From the NCBI GenBank assembly GCA_040901675.1, contig JBBDYJ010000032.1:1-64000 (forward strand): 64,000 nt of DNA, in the 5' to 3' direction. A model generated the notes under the pieces. It ran no database searches. It had not been told where the DNA came from and saw nothing but the letters and a program-made list of their open reading frames with translations. This DNA is from Pirellulales bacterium (GTDB taxonomy: Bacteria; Planctomycetota; Planctomycetia; Pirellulales; JAICIG01). A program made the translations under genes and the position numbers. Positions 28,480 to 38,257 of the stretch are shown piece after piece. Every line of letters begins with the position of its first letter. The stretch's first letter is position 1.

Positions 28480-29382
28480 TTAGCTGCGGCTGGCGTCCTG
28501 ATTCCGGGCGAACATCAGAAATGCCCGGCTGGCGGCATGGGGCACGCGCAGCGGGTCCGAAATCACGTAGAGATGCCGCCGAGGCCGGACGCCCGCGACC
28601 CGAACCGGCACGAGCCTTCCCTCGGCCAGCTCGCGCTCGATGGTGGCGCGAGAGAGAAAGGCCGCGGCGACGCCTTGTTCGACCGCCGCGCGGATCGTCT
28701 CGTTGGAGTTCATTTCCATGGCGACTTTCAAGTCCGCGGCGGCCAGGCCGGCCCCGTCCAAGGCGCGCTCAACGCAGTTGCGGCTGCCCGATCCCAGCTC
28801 GCGGACAATGATCGGTTCCTTTTGCAATTGCCTGACCGACAAGGTCCCCTTCGCCGCCAGCGGGTGCGTCGGCGCGACGACCAGCACCAGCTCGTCGTCG
28901 GCAATCGCCCATGCATTTAAGCTGGCGGAATGGGGCAACTCTCCCACGATGCCCACGTCGGCAGACGCGCTCTTGACCGCCTCGATGGCTTGCGCGCTGT
29001 CGCTCACCGTGACCGACTCACGCACCTCGGGATAGCGGGCGCGAAATCCGGACAACAGCCGCGGCAACAGGCACTGGGCCGGAACGGTGCTGGCCGCGAT
29101 GCGCAGCGTTCCCTTGACGTGGGCCGCCGGCTGGCCCAGATCCTGGCGGGCCTGGTCGACCAGGTCCAGGATCTTGCGGGCAAACTCGTACAACCTTCGG
29201 CCGGCGTCGGTCGGTGGGCTCAGCCGCCCGCTACGAAGGAAAAGCGGTACATCAAGCTCCTCTTCCAGGGCGGCAATGTGCTTGCTGACGCCCGCTTGCG
29301 AGATATTCAACGCGCGCGCCGCGCTGGTGAAGCTTTCGCACTCGATGGCGGTGGCGAAAGTCTGCAACTGCCGTAGGTCCAT
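28480..29382 (-). CDS. LysR family regulator (CysL / selenium-metabolism-associated type)
   Basis: MDLRQL..F HTH; IAASTVP, VSDS, RELGSGSR. Confidence 0.93.
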   Translation of the reverse strand: MDLRQLQTFATAIECESFTSAARALNISQAGVSKHIAALEEELDVPLFLRSGRLSPPTDAGRRLYEFARKILDLVDQARQDLGQPAAHVKGTLRIAASTVPAQCLLPRLLSGFRARYPEVRESVTVSDSAQAIEAVKSASADVGIVGELPHSASLNAWAIADDELVLVVAPTHPLAAKGTLSVRQLQKEPIIVRELGSGSRNCVERALDGAGLAAADLKVAMEMNSNETIRAAVEQGVAAAFLSRATIERELAEGRLVPVRVAGVRPRRHLYVISDPLRVPHAASRAFLMFARNQDASRS

Positions 29383-29768
29383 GGGCTGTTCACGATGCGG
29401 CGAGCCGTTCGATCAACCGCCCGGCCATCGGAGCCGATTGGATAGCCGGCGGGTAGTTGTTTTTGCTTCGATCATGGGCCATTGTATCAGGCAGGCTCGA
29501 CAGGAGCGATCGGATCGTTGCGCGTTGGATACACCTGCCGTGGCGCGACTGTCGCGAGCGCGCCCCAGCGTCGTCGTCAAATTGACTATCGGCGATATCG
29601 CCCTGCGGGCGCCCTAAAAAAGGGCCTGCAATTGGCACCATAAGTGCTAACTTGCCAAATCTTCAGTCGGTCGGCAAATTGCAGTACATCAAGGCCGACC
29701 CGCCACGAGGGCGGCCAACGGAATGAAACTTCCGTTCCACGCACTTTCTAATTAATTTGGAAAACAAC

Positions 29769-32348
29769 ATGAACACCTGGCTTCAGACACTGCTGGAGTT
29801 GGTAGGAAAACCGCGCGGTGACGTTCGGCGTGCGAGGTCCTCGCGGCCTTATGGCCGCCGCCGGCTCGCGAACGAGCGACTGGAAAGCCGCGTCTTGCTG
29901 GCCGCGGACCTGTTGCTGAGCAAGTCGAGCTCGGCTGGCACGGTGCTGCCGGGCGAAGTGCTCGACTACTTCATCACGGTGGAGAACATCGGCGACGAGG
30001 CGGCCGTGGCGGACTTTGTCGACGAGCTGCCGGAGAACGTGACGTTTATTTCGGCGTCGGCCAGCCAGGGCCTGCTGGCCGAGTCGCCGGGGCTTGTCAG
30101 CGGATCGCTGGGAACCATCGAGGCGGGCGAAAGCGTCACGATTGTAATCACGGTGACTCCGCAGGAAGGTAGCGTGACCTTGCTCAACTCGGCCTCCGTG
30201 TTTAGCGACGAGGACGCCAACCTGGCGAACAATTCCGACACGATCAGCACCACCGTGCTGGCGGCGCCTGAAGACGCTGTTGACCTGGTCGTGTTCAAGA
30301 GGGACTTTCCCAACAGGGTGGTTCCGGGCGAAGCTCTGCACTTCAGCATCATCGTTCACAACCGCAGCCGGCACGATGCGGCCGAGGACGTGGTGGTGTT
30401 CGACCGGCTTCCCGAGGACGTGATCCTTGTCTCGGCCACGTCGAGCCAGGGAGAAGTGAGCGTCAGCGACGGGTTGATCGGCGCCGATTTGGGGACGCTC
30501 GACGCGCGCCAGGCGGCCACGGTTCACATCGTGGTCACACCGACCGAGCCGGGACGGCTGGTGAACACGGCGATTGCCACGACGAGCTCCGGCATCGATC
30601 GGCCCGGTCACGGCGACAGCGACGGAGATAGCGACGGGGACAGCGACGGGGACAGCGATGGAGAGAGCGACGGGGACAGCGACGGAGAGAGCGACGGAGA
30701 CAGCGATGGAGAGAGCGACGGAGACAGCGACGGGGACGATCATGGGCTGAGCAACGTCGCGCGGAGCGTCACGATTGTGGCCGATGTCCCGCGGACGGCC
30801 GCCGACCTGGCGGTCGTCAAGAGCGACGATCTCGATCCCGTGCTGCCGGGCGAGGCCTTGGCGTACACCATCACGGTGGAGAACCTGAGCTCCGAGCACC
30901 GGGCCCGGCGGGTGCAGTTGACCGACCTGCTGCCGGCCGGGGCGATCTTCATCTCCGCGGCGTCCAGCCAGGGTTTTGTCCGGGAGTCGGGGGGCGTGGT
31001 GGTGGCGGAGCTAGGCACTTTGTTTCCGGGCGAAGTCGCCACGGTGTCGATCCTGGTTACGCCCACGGCCGCCGGCGAGCTGCTGAACTCCGCGGTGGCC
31101 ACGACGGCGTCGGGCGACACCAACGTATTTGACAACGTGGGAACGGAGACGACGGAAGTGCTGGCTGCACCGGCGACGGCGGCCGATCTGCTGGTGGTCA
31201 AGGGGGACTCTCCCGATCCGATCCGCCGCGGCGAGGAGCTGGTCTATACGATCGTCGTCACCAACACGAGCGCGATCAATCCGGCGTTCGACGTGGTGCT
31301 CACCGACGTGCTGCCGCGGGGAGTCGAGCTGCTGGACCTGGACAGCAGCCAGGGGACGATCAGCGAAGCGGATGGAATCGTGGTTGCCGAATTGGGGACG
31401 TTGGACCCCGGCGCGACGGCGATTGTGGAGATCGTGGTGTTGCCCGGCCGGCACATTCTGTTGAACAGGGCGGTGGCCACCACCAGCTCGGGCGACATCA
31501 ACGTGCTGGACAACGCGGACCAAACGCTGACGAGGGTGGTGGGTTTCCATCACGAGTGTTTCGTGGGGCGGGCCTTCGAGAAGCTGTTTGACCGCGAGGC
31601 GGACGACGACGGCCTGTCGTTCTTTGCCGAGCGGCTCGAAGCAGGATTGGGCCGGGGAGAAGTGGCCCGGGCGTTGACAGACAGCGACGAGTTCTTGGCC
31701 ACGATCGTGCGACCCGTCTACACCCGGTTTTTGGGGCGCGAAGCGGAAGATGCGGGGCTGGTCTTTTGGGTAGGCAGGTTGCGCGAGGGGTTGAGTGAGG
31801 ATCAACTGCAGGCCGGCTTCGTCGCGTCGGCCGAGTACTTCTCGACGAGCGGCGGGACGGACGGCGACTGGGTGCGGGCGATGTACCGCGACCTGCTCGC
31901 GCGCGACCCGGATGCTCAAGGAGAAGCGTTCTGGCTGGACCGACTGGCCAGGGGAGCGGGCCGGGGCGAAATTGCTCTGGGGTTCAGCTCCAGCGACGAG
32001 CGTCTGGCCCAGCGCATCGAAGACCACTACTTTCATTTCCTGGGCCGCTCGGCCGGGGATGAGGAAGTGAGCTCGTGGATGTCGGCGTTCCGCGACGGCG
32101 CCAGTCCGCCGGACGTGATTGCGGGCTTCATCGGCTCGCCGGAGTTCTTCGAGCACTGCCGGCCCGGCGGCTCGGATGGCGACAGCGACGGCGATAGCGA
32201 CGGGGACAGCGACGGCGATTTCGATGGGCCGGGAGGCTTTCCGGGCGGTCCGGGCGGCGGCTCTGATCGAGACCATGACGGCCATTCGGACGGCGACTCC
32301 GACGGTGATTCGGACGGGGACTCCGACGGTGATTCCGACGGAGACTAG
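29769..32348 (+). CDS. Surface protein: planctomycete extracellular leader, 4x DUF11, DUF4214 repeats, DSDG tracts
   Basis: RRRLANERLESRVLLA; four (A/V)DL.V.K...PGE.L.Y.I.V.N units; Y...LGR..D..G..FW repeats. Confidence 0.9.
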   Translation: MNTWLQTLLELVGKPRGDVRRARSSRPYGRRRLANERLESRVLLAADLLLSKSSSAGTVLPGEVLDYFITVENIGDEAAVADFVDELPENVTFISASASQGLLAESPGLVSGSLGTIEAGESVTIVITVTPQEGSVTLLNSASVFSDEDANLANNSDTISTTVLAAPEDAVDLVVFKRDFPNRVVPGEALHFSIIVHNRSRHDAAEDVVVFDRLPEDVILVSATSSQGEVSVSDGLIGADLGTLDARQAATVHIVVTPTEPGRLVNTAIATTSSGIDRPGHGDSDGDSDGDSDGDSDGESDGDSDGESDGDSDGESDGDSDGDDHGLSNVARSVTIVADVPRTAADLAVVKSDDLDPVLPGEALAYTITVENLSSEHRARRVQLTDLLPAGAIFISAASSQGFVRESGGVVVAELGTLFPGEVATVSILVTPTAAGELLNSAVATTASGDTNVFDNVGTETTEVLAAPATAADLLVVKGDSPDPIRRGEELVYTIVVTNTSAINPAFDVVLTDVLPRGVELLDLDSSQGTISEADGIVVAELGTLDPGATAIVEIVVLPGRHILLNRAVATTSSGDINVLDNADQTLTRVVGFHHECFVGRAFEKLFDREADDDGLSFFAERLEAGLGRGEVARALTDSDEFLATIVRPVYTRFLGREAEDAGLVFWVGRLREGLSEDQLQAGFVASAEYFSTSGGTDGDWVRAMYRDLLARDPDAQGEAFWLDRLARGAGRGEIALGFSSSDERLAQRIEDHYFHFLGRSAGDEEVSSWMSAFRDGASPPDVIAGFIGSPEFFEHCRPGGSDGDSDGDSDGDSDGDFDGPGGFPGGPGGGSDRDHDGHSDGDSDGDSDGDSDGDSDGD
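30615..30734 (+). repeat. 12-bp coding tandem repeat, (D/E)SDG x10
   Basis: GACAGCGACGGR-type units seen directly. Confidence 0.95.
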
Positions 32349-32407
32349 CGGCTTGGTCTTGGTCACTGGCGGCTGGATGAACAGGTAAGACGGCCTTCCC
32401 AGGCGGT

Positions 32408-32986
32408 TTGGACGGGCAAGGAAGCCCGCGCGGAGGATCGAGCATCGAGACGAAGTTCGTCTACCTGATGCGGGGGCTGCCCAGTTGCGGCAAGAGCTTT
32501 ACGGCTCGCGAGCTTGCCGGCGACAGGGGCCTCGTGTTGGAAACAGACGAGTTTTTTTACACGCAGGTTGGCGACGATCCGGCGCGGTTCGATTACCGTG
32601 CCGATCTGTTGGAAACGGCGCGCCGCTGGACGCTGGAGCGCTTCAAGAAGGCGGTGAACGCGGGGACCACGCCGATTGTCGTCGACCGGGGGAACGGTCT
32701 TTCACTCGAGAGCCAGCGTTACGCCCGCTACGCGGTCGAGCATGGCTACCACGTCGAGCTCAAGGAGCCGCGGTCCCCGTGGTGGCTCGAAATCCGCTCG
32801 CTGCTGGACGAGCAGCCCCGCAACGAGGCGCTGCTCGACCAGTGGGCCGAGCGGCTGGCCCAGATGAGCCGCTCGACGCACCGCGTCCCCGCCTCGACGA
32901 TCAAGCACCGCATGGTGAAGTGGAAGTGCGACCTGACGATCGCGGACATCTTGAGTTATCAAGTAGCTCGCGGGTCGAGGGGCTAA
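32408..32986 (+). CDS. AAA_33 / N4BP2-like P-loop kinase (start uncertain)
   Basis: YLMRGLPSCGKS Walker A, IVVDRGN, STHRVP lid. Confidence 0.82.
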   Translation: MDGQGSPRGGSSIETKFVYLMRGLPSCGKSFTARELAGDRGLVLETDEFFYTQVGDDPARFDYRADLLETARRWTLERFKKAVNAGTTPIVVDRGNGLSLESQRYARYAVEHGYHVELKEPRSPWWLEIRSLLDEQPRNEALLDQWAERLAQMSRSTHRVPASTIKHRMVKWKCDLTIADILSYQVARGSRG

Positions 32987-34170
32987 TCAGCTTTCTGTTC
33001 CGAGATCGCCTGCTGGCACCACGTTTCAAGCTCCGCAACGCTCGTTCGCGCCTGCTTGTCCAGCATTCGAAGCAGGGGAACGAACATGATCCCAAACATG
33101 CCTCCACCAAAGACGGCGCGGGCGAGGTTGGCGGGCTCCGGAGGGAGAGCGAGCACCAGGATAAGAATGGCGAGCAACACCATGACTATAAGCCGAAAAA
33201 CCCTCAGGTCTCTGGCCCGCCGCCTGGCTTCCTCTAGGCGCACCGTTGCCTCGCGTAGGGATCTTGGAGCGCCGTGCCTGCCGACAAGCAGAACGCGGTG
33301 CGGCGCGATGTGGCGACAAACAAGGGCAAGGATCGCCTCGGGCTGCGGACCGCGCCACTGAGTCTGTCCGTCGTTGACGAACAGGCGAACCTTGCGGTCA
33401 GGTAGTGTCATGGATAACTTCTGAAAATCCCTCCGATCGTGCTTCAAGCGATCGATCCGGACTTCGGCCACATCGCTCCATGGGTAGCTGATTGTCTTGT
33501 TTTTGCCGCGAGTAAACTCGATCCCGGCCCCATTGAGTTTCATGGTCCTCCCAGGCCACCAATGGAGCAAAGCCTCGTTGAGTGGCTCCGGCTCGGGGGG
33601 CTCGCGATACATTTCGCGGCATATCTCCACCAGCCATCGCTGCTCGGATTCGGCAATCAAACCAAAACACAATTCGCGATGGTTTATGAACCGATGGGTC
33701 AGATAGTAGAGCAAAGGGCTCCGCGTGCCCCAGGCATAGCTGTCGAGGAGATGTCCCTTGCACACTCGGCCATCGCGGAAGGCTTCCCAGGGCCAAACAT
33801 CCCATCGCAACAATCTCCGGCGAGCGATGCCTTGGTCGTCGACGCGTAGACGCCAGCGGAACACGAGTGTGCTGATAAGCACCGCCACGACCATCAACAG
33901 TGCGCCCGCCGCCATGGCGGCACCCGGCCCGCGTGGCCCGGGCGCCATCCAGGCCAGGACAGCGCCTGCCACGCCGCCGACCAGCACGTATGCTCCGCAA
34001 CGGCGAAACTCCGGCGCCAAAGCGAAATACCGTGGCGGGCCATCTAAAGAGAGCGGCCTTCTATCGCTCCCCTCTTCCGGACCACCAGAACCAGAACCAG
34101 TCGCGCGCGAAGCGCGGTCGCGATTAGCCCCTGCTGTCCCAGCTCCCGTTCTTGTGCCTTGTTGTGTCAT
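32983..34170 (-). CDS. Membrane protein with two bacterial PH-like domains
   Basis: Two TM pairs; LRVDDQGI and ISYPWSDV motifs. Confidence 0.7.
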   Translation of the reverse strand: MTQQGTRTGAGTAGANRDRASRATGSGSGGPEEGSDRRPLSLDGPPRYFALAPEFRRCGAYVLVGGVAGAVLAWMAPGPRGPGAAMAAGALLMVVAVLISTLVFRWRLRVDDQGIARRRLLRWDVWPWEAFRDGRVCKGHLLDSYAWGTRSPLLYYLTHRFINHRELCFGLIAESEQRWLVEICREMYREPPEPEPLNEALLHWWPGRTMKLNGAGIEFTRGKNKTISYPWSDVAEVRIDRLKHDRRDFQKLSMTLPDRKVRLFVNDGQTQWRGPQPEAILALVCRHIAPHRVLLVGRHGAPRSLREATVRLEEARRRARDLRVFRLIVMVLLAILILVLALPPEPANLARAVFGGGMFGIMFVPLLRMLDKQARTSVAELETWCQQAISEQKAD

Positions 34171-34256
34171 TGCGGCTAGACCGGTGCCCAATCATCTCTT
34201 CGCTATCTCCATCGTAAGCTTGGCTTTCATGGTTTGCATCCGCGTCGCCCCGGATA

Positions 34257-34310
34257 GTAGCCGTCACGCTGGAGCGTGACGAGCTACCTCACGCGGAGCG
34301 TGAGGGCTAC
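34257..34310. repeat. GTAG-type REP doublet (family C)
   Basis: GTAGCCGTCACGCTGGAGCGTGAC...CTCACGCGGAGCGTGAGGGCTAC inverted pair. Confidence 0.8.
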
Positions 34311-34405
34311 CGATAGGAGCTTCTCCGTGCGGTTTCAGCTTGTGCGTGGCCTATCGCATGAGTACAACTTGATGGGTCAGGCGTTTGGAGCCCGATCGGA
34401 AACCC

Positions 34406-35473
34406 ATGCCACTACGATTCGACCCACAGCGTCTGAAGCAACTCGTTACCGCCGTGTTCGCCGCTGCCGGCAGCCAGCCGCCTGAGCCGGAACGGATCGC
34501 TCATTACCTGGTCGAGTCGAACCTGGTGGGCCACGATTCGCACGGCGTGATCCGCGTGGCCAGCTATGTCCAGTGGCTCCGCGAAGGCAAGGTGCTGGCC
34601 AACCGCTCGCTGAACGTGGTCCTGGAAAACGAGTGCCTGGCGGTCGTCGATGGCCAGTTCGGCTTTGGCCAGACGGTGGGCGAAGCGGCCGTGCGGCTGG
34701 GGATTGCCAAGGCAAGGCGGCAGGGCGTGTCGGTGGTGGCGCTGCGCAACTGCGGGCACCTGGGCCGCATCGGCGACTGGCCGGCGCTGGCCGCGGAGTC
34801 GAACCAGGTCTCACTGCACTTCGTGAACACCAGCGGAGCAGGCCTGTTGGTGTCGCCGTTCGGTGGGATCGAGCGGCGGCTGTCGGCCAACCCGATCGCG
34901 GCCGGCGTGCCGATGCCGGGCACCTGGCCGCTGGTGGTGGATATTTCGACCAGCTCGGTGGCCGAGGGCAAGATCCGCGTGGCCCTGAACAAAGGGGTCG
35001 CGGTGCCCGATTGCTGCATCATCGACTCCCAGGGAGAGCCGACCAACGATCCGCGGGTGTTCTACGCCAACCCGCCCGGCGCCATCCTGCCGTTCGGCGG
35101 CCACAAGGGGTACGGCCTGTGCCTGCTGGCCGACGTGCTGGCCGGAGCACTGACGGGCAACGGCTGCACGGCGCCGGGCGTGACGCGGCTCTCGAACGGC
35201 ATGCTCTCGATCTACCTCGACTTGAACTTCTTCGGCGAGGAGAAGTCGATCCTGGACGAGGTGCAACGCTTTGTCCGGTTCGTGAAAAGCTCCAGGCCGG
35301 CCACGCCGGACGGCGAAATCCTGGTGCCCGGCGAGGTCGAGGAGCTCTCCCGCGCCCGGCGGCTCGAGCAAGGCATCGAGCTGGACGACACCACATGGAG
35401 CCAGATCGTCCAGACATGCAGAACGCTGAACATGCCCGAGCAGGCCGTGGCGGCCTGCATCGGCAAGCAATAG
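34406..35473 (+). CDS. Ldh_2 family malate/lactate/ureidoglycolate dehydrogenase (YbiC/HcxB-like)
   Basis: GHDSHGV, HLGRIG, SANPIA, GGHKGYGL, VPGE. Confidence 0.93.
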   Translation: MPLRFDPQRLKQLVTAVFAAAGSQPPEPERIAHYLVESNLVGHDSHGVIRVASYVQWLREGKVLANRSLNVVLENECLAVVDGQFGFGQTVGEAAVRLGIAKARRQGVSVVALRNCGHLGRIGDWPALAAESNQVSLHFVNTSGAGLLVSPFGGIERRLSANPIAAGVPMPGTWPLVVDISTSSVAEGKIRVALNKGVAVPDCCIIDSQGEPTNDPRVFYANPPGAILPFGGHKGYGLCLLADVLAGALTGNGCTAPGVTRLSNGMLSIYLDLNFFGEEKSILDEVQRFVRFVKSSRPATPDGEILVPGEVEELSRARRLEQGIELDDTTWSQIVQTCRTLNMPEQAVAACIGKQ

Positions 35474-35510
35474 ACCGGCCGCCGCCTGGCGCGGCCGCCA
35501 GCAGGTAACG

Positions 35511-37307
35511 ATGCCTACCTTTTTCAGCCTCAAGCTGATCGACCTGGCGGCCATCGCCGGGTACTTCGCCGCGGTGATGGCCTTGGGCTTCTGGGTCTCG
35601 CGGCGAGTCAAGAACGAGACCGATTTTTTTCTGGGCGGCCGCAAGTTCGGCAAGGGCCTGCTGGTGATGCACTGGCTGTGCACCGGCACGCACAGCGACA
35701 TGGCCGTGCAGGTCGCCGGCGCCAGTGCCCGCGTGGGGCTGGGCGGCATCTGGTACCAGTGGATGTGGCTGTTCTCCACTCCGTTCTACTGGCTGATCGC
35801 CCCGGTCATGCGGCGGCTGCGGGTGATCACCACGGGCGACTTCTTTCGCATCCGCTACGGCCGCGGCCTGGAGATGATGTACTCGCTGGTGGCCTTGGTT
35901 TACGTGGCGCTTTCGATCGCGGTGTTGCTGCGCGGGGCCGGGGCGGCCATTTCGGGCGCCACCGGCGGGGAGATCCCCACTGAGACGTCGGTGATCGTGC
36001 TGTCGATCTTGTTTTCGACGTACATCATGGCCGGCGGCCTCGTGGCGGCCGCGTATACCGATTTCCTGCAAGGCCTGTTGATCATTGTGCTGTCGGTGCT
36101 GCTGGTGCCGGCCGGCTTGAGCCTGGTGGGTGGCTTTGCCGGACTGCACGAATCGCTCGACGCGGGCATGTTCGCCATCACGGCGCCGGCGGGCGCCAAG
36201 GAAGGCAACGCGGGCTTTGTGATTTCGATGTCGCTGTTGGGGCTGGTGGGCATTGTGGCGCAGCCGCACGTGATGAGCGCCACGGGCTCGGGCAAGACCG
36301 AGACGGAGGCCCGGGTGGGGATGTGCTACGGCAATTTCATCAAGCGGCTGTTGACGATCGCCTGGGCTTTTACGGGATTGATCGCCTTGACTCAGTTTCC
36401 CGACGTGCTGGCCGAAGCGGCCCCCGGCGAGGCGGACGCCGCCAGCGAGAGGTTGTTCGGGCGTGCCATCCGCGAGTTTCTGCCCGATGGTTGGCGGGGG
36501 CTGATGATCGCCTGCCTGATCGCCGGCGTGACCAGCGCCGAGACGATCATGGTGGTGGCCGCGGCCATCTTCACGCGCAACTTCTACGCTCACCTGGCGC
36601 GGGACAAGAGCAGCCGGCATTATCTCTGGGTGGGCCGGCTCGCCTCGGCGGCCATGCTGGCCTTCAGCGTCTGGCTGGCTTTTTATGCAGGAAGCGTGAC
36701 CGTGCTGTTCGTCAGCTCAGTGCAGGTCATCGGCCTGTTGGGACCGGCCTTCTGGCTGGGAGTGACGTGGCGGCGGGCGAACGCGATCGGCGTCTGGGCC
36801 AGTTTTATCGGAGGTATCTTGCTGTGGACCATGATGAGCCTGGACCCGAAGACGTTGGCCCAGGTTCCGGGTTTGCGCGAGGCCGGTAGCTGGCTGATTG
36901 GAATCGGCGACGTCAGCGGTCTTCGCGAGTGGCCGGAGCCGGCCCAGATCGTGTTGAGACTCGCGGTCCAGTTCGGACTGCTGTTCGTGGTGAGCCTGCT
37001 GACGCCTGCACCCCGGGCCTCGCGGCTCGATCCGTTCTTTGCCCGGCTGCTCACGCCCGTGGGACGCGAGGACGAGGTCCGCCTCGAAACGCCCGGCGGC
37101 ACGCTGGCCGAGTCGGCTACGCTGGGCATGGAAGGCGTGCTGTTGGATTACGACAAGGCGTGCAAGTTCGCCTACCAGCCGCTGCGGCGGTTGGGCATTG
37201 AAATACCGCGGATGACGTGGTTTGATTGGGCCGGCTTCGTAGCCGCCTGGGTGTTGGTGGGCGGCTTGATCGTTTTTCTACTTTGGCTGGCGAGGCTGGG
37301 TGCATGA
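35511..37307 (+). CDS. Sodium:solute symporter family protein
   Basis: DFFLGGR, GGLVAAAYTDFLQG, many TM helices. Confidence 0.93.
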   Translation: MPTFFSLKLIDLAAIAGYFAAVMALGFWVSRRVKNETDFFLGGRKFGKGLLVMHWLCTGTHSDMAVQVAGASARVGLGGIWYQWMWLFSTPFYWLIAPVMRRLRVITTGDFFRIRYGRGLEMMYSLVALVYVALSIAVLLRGAGAAISGATGGEIPTETSVIVLSILFSTYIMAGGLVAAAYTDFLQGLLIIVLSVLLVPAGLSLVGGFAGLHESLDAGMFAITAPAGAKEGNAGFVISMSLLGLVGIVAQPHVMSATGSGKTETEARVGMCYGNFIKRLLTIAWAFTGLIALTQFPDVLAEAAPGEADAASERLFGRAIREFLPDGWRGLMIACLIAGVTSAETIMVVAAAIFTRNFYAHLARDKSSRHYLWVGRLASAAMLAFSVWLAFYAGSVTVLFVSSVQVIGLLGPAFWLGVTWRRANAIGVWASFIGGILLWTMMSLDPKTLAQVPGLREAGSWLIGIGDVSGLREWPEPAQIVLRLAVQFGLLFVVSLLTPAPRASRLDPFFARLLTPVGREDEVRLETPGGTLAESATLGMEGVLLDYDKACKFAYQPLRRLGIEIPRMTWFDWAGFVAAWVLVGGLIVFLLWLARLGA

Positions 37308-38068
37308 TGAGCAAGGCGGCAGCATTTGAGAATCGGGTGGCGCTGGTCACCGGCGGCTCGCGCGGGATCGGCCGCGAGACGGCGTTGCGGCTGGCCCGCG
37401 AGGGGGCCGACGTGGCCATCAGCTATGCCACGCGCCGCGAGTCGGCGGACGACGTGGTGGAGGAAATCCGCCGGTTGGGGCGCCGCGCGACGGCCTGCGC
37501 GTGCAACGTGGCGATGCCCCAGGACGTCGAGCGACTGGTCGGCCAGACGCGCAACGAGCTGGGGCCGATCGACCTGTTGGTGCATTGCGGTGCGATCAGC
37601 AACATTGCCGAGCACACCGAGCTGAGCTACGAATGCTGGCGGGAAACGATCGACGTGAACCTCAACGGCGCCTTCTTGACGGTATTCGCCGTCAAGGACG
37701 CGATGATCGCTCGCCGCTATGGCCGGATCGTTACGATATCGTCGATCGCCGCCTTGCGGCCGCGCAAGACGCAGATTCACTACTCGGCCGCCAAGGCCGG
37801 CGTGATCGCCATGACGCGCTGCTGTGCCGAGGCCTTTGCGCCGCACGGCGTGCGGATCAATTGCGTGGCTCCGGGGCTGACCGAGACCGAGATGGCCCAC
37901 GTGCTGCCGGAGGAGACGATCCGAAAGGTCGTGGCCGAGACGCCGCTGAGGCGCATCGGCCAGCCCGAGGAGATCGCCGCGGTGATCCGTTTTTTGTTGA
38001 GCGACGAATCGAGCTTCATGACCGGCCAGACGGTGGTGGCTTCAGGCGGGCGGGTGATGCTGGGGTGA
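37304..38068 (+). CDS. SDR family oxidoreductase (FabG-like)
   Basis: TGGSRGIG, YSAAK, NCVAPG; overlaps upstream stop. Confidence 0.95.
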   Translation: MMSKAAAFENRVALVTGGSRGIGRETALRLAREGADVAISYATRRESADDVVEEIRRLGRRATACACNVAMPQDVERLVGQTRNELGPIDLLVHCGAISNIAEHTELSYECWRETIDVNLNGAFLTVFAVKDAMIARRYGRIVTISSIAALRPRKTQIHYSAAKAGVIAMTRCCAEAFAPHGVRINCVAPGLTETEMAHVLPEETIRKVVAETPLRRIGQPEEIAAVIRFLLSDESSFMTGQTVVASGGRVMLG

Positions 38069-38133
38069 GGGGAAGGGAGAAGGGAGAAGGAGGAAGGAGG
38101 AAGGAGGAAGGAGGACGGAGGAAGGATCGGAAG
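38068..38133 (+). repeat. Purine-rich heptamer array (GAAGGGA/GAAGGAG)
   Basis: Seen directly after the SDR stop. Confidence 0.85.
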
Positions 38134-38147
38134 TAAGGGACTCCGCG

Positions 38148-38214
38148 GTAGCTGAATTCGCCAGAATTCAGGCGTCGTGGTGGTGAAGTGGCCAGAACTC
38201 TGACGAGTCCTGCC
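38148..38214 (+). repeat. GTAG-type REP doublet (family B)
   Basis: GTAGCTGAATTCGCCAGAATTCAG...CAGAACTCTGACGAGTCCTGC; homologous to the reverse complement of 46771-46836. Confidence 0.8.
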
Positions 38215-38257
38215 AAACCGTAACGTCGAGCTGTGTGGCGGTGCCGGCCGGGTTGAG

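Noticed and set aside
23268..29382. Selenocysteine UGA readthrough in the LysR operon
   Set aside because: UGA codons sit at natural ends or ATGA overlaps; no in-frame continuation with homologous-looking sequence.
30615..30734. Possible CRISPR or non-coding repeat
   Set aside because: In-frame 12-nt coding repeat inside a CDS.
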